From: Lepidodermella squamata | Taxonomy: Eukaryota; Animalia; Gastrotricha | Length of the DNA stretch: 64,000 nucleotides | Assembly (NCBI GenBank): GCA_047495785.1 | Contig: JBLDXI010000032.1 | Span: 3,906,001 to 3,970,000 of the forward strand | Reading direction: 5' to 3' | Notes under the pieces: generated by a model | Database searches by the model: none | The model's input: only the letters and a program-made list of their open reading frames with translations | What the model was told of the DNA's origin: nothing | Translations under genes and position numbers: made by a program | Part shown: positions 62,159 through 64,000 of the stretch, piece after piece | Layout: the number at the start of each line of letters is the position of its first letter | How positions within the stretch are numbered: the first letter of the stretch is position 1

Positions 62159-62684
62159 ATGTCGAGCCAAATGACTGAGCCTAAGTTCTACCGTCAGCCG
62201 AAGCCGGGCAAGCGGCGCCTGTTGCCAACCGAGCCGATGCGCTACGTCACTATCGGCGGCGACTACCAGTACATCATCGACGAGTTGCTTCTTATGGACT
62301 ACGTCACGGCCAACCCGAACCCGGTCGACTTCGCAGCGAAACTCGCCGCCTACTTCGAACCAGTCTGGCGCAGGTGTGTTGAGCATATTCGAATAATTCG
62401 CAAATATTTCTACGTTATTTTTATGTTATAGGAAGGGCTTCTCGAGCGCGCAGCAAGACCACGAGCTGATGAAGGCGATGGCTGCCGAGTCGTGCCACCA
62501 ATACGCCAAGTCGATGGTTCAACTCGCCGCTCAATCGTTCAAGCCTGCAGCCACTGTCGCGCTGTCGTCGCGGAAACACGCCGCCTACGCTCGAGCTCAG
62601 CAACGCCGATCACGTGCCACGCAACTTCGCAGCCAGTCTACCGACATCGAATCGCGCGCCGGCTCTGCCTCGCCGTTGAACTAA
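62159..62684 (+). CDS. Small protein with BEN-domain-like helical core (paralog A)
   Basis: Exons 62159-62373 and 62432-62684; core VTIGGDYQYIIDE...PVDFAAKLAAYFEPVWR. Confidence 0.6.
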
Positions 62685-63139
62685 CTTCCGCTTTATGTTT
62701 GTACGTAGCTTATCTATCTTGTCAATTTTGTACCATTCCGTGTGCGGTAATTCAATAAAACGCAACGAGTATGAACAAGGTGTCTTTTTCTGCCGGTGTG
62801 GTGTGTTTCGCTACGTTCCGCATGCGCGCCCGCGCGTCTGCTGCGGACGGCGGTGCGTGCTCGTTTGATCCTGACGCGCGCGCGTTTTTCGGCAGCTGCG
62901 CATCAAAGGCAGCGCGACCAGCGTTGTCCATCATTACACCATCTCTCTTGAGTGGCTGTCGTTTCCAATAAAAGCCGCTCTCTACCTGCTCGTCGACCAC
63001 CAGTCATCAAATTATACTTAGTACAGACGATCCAGGCTTAGCCGTTCTCGAATACTAATTTAACCAGGGTTAATCCGTACTCTTGTAGGGCCGGCTTTTC
63101 TCCCTTGCTGAAGTTTAGGTTACTTATTTCAGTGCTGCT

Positions 63140-63738
63140 ATGTCTGTTCGTGTTTTCGCCGTCAACAAGCAACTCGTCAATGTTCGCGCTGCCTCGGCTA
63201 GTCCGAAGACTTCATCGTCACCGAAGCCGATCATGCCCGGTCAGGTTTCGATTGGCAACAACGACCGGTACCAAATCGACGAAATGCAGCTACTCGACAT
63301 GGTCATCGCTAATGCCGACCCGCTAGCTTTTGCCCGCGCTCTAGCAAGGCATTTTGAACCACTCTGGCGAAGGTTAGTTAGATTTTCAGTTTTGTGTCTC
63401 GTGAGAAGATTTATAGGCAAATTTATTGAAATTCGATTATTTTTGCATTCTTTTCCAGCTACGGCTTCAATTCGGCTGACGAAGACAAGGGTTTGATGGA
63501 CGCGTTGGCTGTCGAAATGCTGAACCAGTACGGCGACGGTGTGCTGCCCGCGCTCAGTCACTCGATTTCGTCGATGCTTCGCCGCCGCCGGCAGGCCAAA
63601 CAGCAGCAACAACTGCAACAACTGCTGAAGACGCCGAAACTGGTTCGAACGACGAGCAACAAATCTAACTCGTCGTCAGGCACTTCGGCCAGCTCGCCAA
63701 ATGCTGCAACTAACCCGACCTATGTTGAATTCAATTAG
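63140..63738 (+). CDS. Small protein with BEN-domain-like helical core (paralog B)
   Basis: Exons 63140-63372 and 63459-63738; core VSIGNNDRYQIDE...PLAFARALARHFEPLWR. The phase-2 intron is at the same position as in paralog A. Confidence 0.6.
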
Positions 63739-64000
63739 CTCGACTTTCGAATCGTTTTTTTTCCAAAATTTTTACCACGACGTTTTGCGCTGTTCGCGTT
63801 TTGTGATTTTTTTCCGATTTCCAAATTTTGTTCGTTCTGTTTTTTTCATGGGATTTTCATTTATTGTTCTTCTTTTGATTACATGCCGCATGTCTTACCC
63901 TGCATGTTGTTATTGGCAATAAAGTTTTTGCTATGTTGACAATAATTCGGCCTTGATTTATTTATTGCCTTCGTAAAAGTGGGTCAATGTGTCTGGTTTT

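Overview
Eukaryotic (metazoan, probably invertebrate) DNA from a compact genome with mostly ~50-60 nt GT-AG introns; the organism cannot be named from this sequence. From left to right: the tail of an S/P-rich gene; a defective Helitron (Rep/Pif1 helicase, minus strand, intact 3' hairpin+CTAG end); UQCRC2; a longin VAMP7-like gene; a region of decayed transposons (FLYWCH/MULE-like and P-element/THAP9-like remnants); tRNA-Leu(UAA) and U6 snRNA genes with similar upstream elements; two secreted cationic-protein genes; a same-strand run of ECD, an RRM gene, a full ABCA transporter and METAP1; three Ly6/uPAR genes; C2CD3 with a 2.26-kb intron; three claudin/PMP22-like tetraspan genes; and small ankyrin, BESS-like and BEN-like genes. 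The most striking feature is the ~8-kb stretch (46.0-54.1 kb) upstream of the first claudin-like gene. It holds about 9-12 ATG-initiated exons that each end at a phase-1 donor and join in frame to one constant exon, a variable-first-exon layout like that of clustered protocadherins or UGT1A. Also notable are a symmetric micro-exon cassette in the ABCA ectodomain and a 20-nt Ly6 intergenic junction that looks like a trans-spliced operon. All gene models were read by eye and none is confirmed by transcripts.
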